IMG/VR virus record: IMGVR_UViG_3300012347_000612
Location: 1-40,543 of that record
Length of the DNA stretch: 40,543 bases
Reading direction: 5' to 3' (one strand)
Source of the DNA: a virus
Taxonomy: Duplodnaviria; Caudoviricetes
The notes under the pieces were generated by a model. That model saw only the letters and a program-made list of their open reading frames with translations, searched no databases and was not told the DNA's origin. The first letter of the stretch is position 1. Each line of letters starts with the position of its first letter. Below are positions 38,075 to 40,543 of the stretch, one piece after another. Both the position numbers and the translations under genes were made by a program.

Positions 38075-38428
38075 ATGAAAACATTAGTTGGACACGAAGC
38101 GATGGATGCTTGGGATAAATCATGGAAGCATGGACATCTGCCGATGTGGATGAAGAAGAGCGTGCGGCAAGCATCGAAGATTCACTCCGCAAAAGATTTG
38201 GGTTTAGAAATTGGGTATAGGTCCGGCATTTCCATCTATGGGGGGCTTTGGGACCATTGGGGGTCTGTCCGCCGGGGGGAAGAGGTGGCGGTGATAACCC
38301 AGCCATACAACAGGGACGATGCCGCGGCGGAGCAATTCGCAGAAAGGGTGGGGTGCAAGGTGGATGTGGTAGTCCCCGGGCCATGGGAACCTCGGACAGT
38401 GATGTATGTATTCACGCCTAACAAATAA
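38075..38428 (+). CDS. Hypothetical protein inserted between primase and helicase
   Basis: 117 aa; AT-richer flanks. Confidence 0.7.
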   Translation: MKTLVGHEAMDAWDKSWKHGHLPMWMKKSVRQASKIHSAKDLGLEIGYRSGISIYGGLWDHWGSVRRGEEVAVITQPYNRDDAAAEQFAERVGCKVDVVVPGPWEPRTVMYVFTPNK

Positions 38429-38459
38429 ACTTGATAACATCCCCTACTAGCAAATTTCT

Positions 38460-40073
38460 GTGAGCGACGACGCAACAAAGCAACTGGCGGCCCTCGGTAA
38501 AGCCGCGGGACTGAAGCTCGTGGGGGATGATGACGGCCAGCCGGTGGTGAAGATCGAACTGGATTTGAACGCGACTGCGGCGAGGTTGGGAGAGATCGTG
38601 GGGCGGCTGGATTTGTTTTCCATGAACGGGGAGCAGGTGTTTTTCGACTATGCGGGGGAGATGCAGGTGATGACGGGGCGGAAGTTCCGGACGTGGATCA
38701 CAAATCATGTGCTGACGTGCCGGAAATTCATCACGGGGACGAATGTGCCGATTTCTGAATCGCTGCAAGTGGACGAGGCGGCGACGATACTGGAGTGTGA
38801 GAATTTCCGCCGGGGTGTGAGACCGCTGAAGGGCGTGAACCATGTGCGTCTGCCGATGCTGCGGATGGGACGGGAGTTGGAAAAGCTACCATGGGGATAT
38901 GATGACGAGGCGCAGATTTACACGGTGCCCGGCGGCGTGGATTATGAAACGGACATGGACATCGCTGCGGCAAAAGCGTGGCTGGTGCGGCTTTTTGGGA
39001 TGTTCCCCTTTACGGATGAGCGTTCGCTGGGGGTGCAAGTGGCTGCTTTGTTAGCCCTTTTCGTAAAGCATCTGCCAGGAGGTGGCGGGCTGCGCCCGGG
39101 GTTCCTCTGGCTGGCAAATGAGCCGGAAAGCGGAAAGAGCGTGCTGGCGAAGGCGAGTCTTTTCCCCGTGCTGGGAAGGGCGGCCAGTGCGAAGATGAAG
39201 AAAAATGAGGATCTGGATAAGGAACTGGAGGCGTTTTGCCGTGCTGCGGTGCCGTTCATTTTCCTCGATAACGTTTACGGCGGGATCGAGAGTGCATCAA
39301 TCGATCAGCTTCTAACGAGCGAGGAGAGCACGGGGCGGGCGATGGGTGGACACGGGATTTTCACTGCGAAAAATACTGCACTCCTGCTAGTAACAGGGAA
39401 CAGGCTGGAGCTGAATGAAGACGCCGCTCGGAGATTTCTGGTGGTTGACCTTTTCGAGAAGGGCAACCCTGCGGCGCGGAAGGTGGATCCTGACATGATC
39501 CTGACAGATGGCATCATGAGATCGCCTGCATGGCGGGCTAGGATGTTGTCGATTTGTTGGGCATTCGTGGCGCACTGGCATGAGAAGGGGATGGAGAAGG
39601 GGTCTGTGGTGCTTGGTTCGTTCGAGGATTATTCAAAGGTGCTGGGCGGGATTGTGGAAGCTGCGGGGTATTTCCCACCATTCACTCGGGCCAAGATCCC
39701 GGACGCGATTTCTCCAGAGAAGCAGGATTTCCAGGAGTTCTTAAAGCTGGTGCTGGAGGAGATGGGGGAGCGAACTGAGGTGAATTTCACGCTGGAGGAT
39801 TTTGCCAGGATAGCTCGGGCGGGGCAGTTGTATCAGAAGCAGGTGGGGACGCAGGCTGAGGGGCGCAAGCAGACGATCAAGGACGATGGCCTGGGCCGTG
39901 AGGAGCGGGGGATGGCGCAGGACCACGGCTACATGACTCCGGCGCAACGGAGCTCATTTGGCAAGCTGATCCCGAAGTTGCTGGGCAAGGAGGCGCAGGT
40001 GGATGGGCGGCAGCTTGAATTCGGAAAGCGGGCGCAGGCAAGGAAGAGTGCCTACACGGTGACGGTGCTATGA
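38460..40073 (+). CDS. Primase-associated P-loop helicase/ATPase
   Basis: Walker A EPESGKS, Walker B FIFLDN, LLVTGN and ARRF motifs. Confidence 0.78.
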   Translation: MSDDATKQLAALGKAAGLKLVGDDDGQPVVKIELDLNATAARLGEIVGRLDLFSMNGEQVFFDYAGEMQVMTGRKFRTWITNHVLTCRKFITGTNVPISESLQVDEAATILECENFRRGVRPLKGVNHVRLPMLRMGRELEKLPWGYDDEAQIYTVPGGVDYETDMDIAAAKAWLVRLFGMFPFTDERSLGVQVAALLALFVKHLPGGGGLRPGFLWLANEPESGKSVLAKASLFPVLGRAASAKMKKNEDLDKELEAFCRAAVPFIFLDNVYGGIESASIDQLLTSEESTGRAMGGHGIFTAKNTALLLVTGNRLELNEDAARRFLVVDLFEKGNPAARKVDPDMILTDGIMRSPAWRARMLSICWAFVAHWHEKGMEKGSVVLGSFEDYSKVLGGIVEAAGYFPPFTRAKIPDAISPEKQDFQEFLKLVLEEMGERTEVNFTLEDFARIARAGQLYQKQVGTQAEGRKQTIKDDGLGREERGMAQDHGYMTPAQRSSFGKLIPKLLGKEAQVDGRQLEFGKRAQARKSAYTVTVL

Positions 40074-40113
40074 GATAATCGCGAAGCGCTGATCTTTTGT
40101 CTTCGACGCTAGC

Positions 40114-40145
40114 GGCGGCACTCTTGATTGAGATGCCGCCTTTTG
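40114..40145 (+). terminator. Probable terminator after the helicase
   Basis: ggcggcactc...gagatgccgcc followed by tttt. Confidence 0.55.
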
Positions 40146-40543
40146 CATCTACCCATGCGACCTCGGAGCGGCAGCTCCCATTCCTTCCTCCGCGAAGCGG
40201 CTAGACTACTCTTCCCGGCGTGCCGGGGTCCGGCGCGGAGCGCTCTTTTTATGATAAAACCTTAGTGTCCGACCTCTGCACCATGGCGGCTTTTTGATGG
40301 TTGTCACCGTTTTGGGCGATTTGAATGCTTAATGACCATTGACCCCTGCACCGACCATTGACCTATTTTGTCCTTTTAGTTTCAACAAAAGACAATGGTA
40401 CCATAGGTTTCTTAGGTTTTTAGGAGAGTTGTAAAAGGGTGACATTTCGTCGTAAGCGGCGGGAAGGCGAGGAGAACCCGTGACACCCCTGCGCAGTCGG
40501 TGACAGGGTAGGGGGGGTAAGGAATCTTTTTCGGGGGCAGAAC

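Overview
The window looks like an essentially complete ~40.5 kb temperate, lambda-like tailed phage genome in excised form: it has an intact attP with a tRNA 3'-end core and is opened just upstream of the small terminase gene. A Verrucomicrobiota/PVC-type host is a weak inference only. Gene order: terminase (GpA type), portal, S49 protease, capsid, tail (with a -1 frameshifted chaperone), tail fibres, lysis, integrase/attP, immunity region, early genes, ParB, primase and helicase. The most notable element is a phage-borne integron-like system. An IntI-type integrase (34041-35039) sits next to an attI-like site and four attC-delimited cassettes (31.5-34.0 kb). A second, near-identical attI-like site with one cassette lies in the head operon (3.1-3.6 kb). 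Unlike classical integrons, most cargo genes are antisense to the attC top strand, so they read with the phage operon. Every gene that crosses a crossover point reads its AAC as an in-frame Asn and takes its stop codon from the next site, so shuffling would preserve frame and translational coupling. Also present: several families of dispersed 7-mer tandem/inverted-repeat elements, a TTTGACA motif 13-17 nt before late-gene starts, and a sharp C-rich to G-rich strand switch at attP that gene orientation does not explain. All calls come from reading the sequence; no database searches were run.
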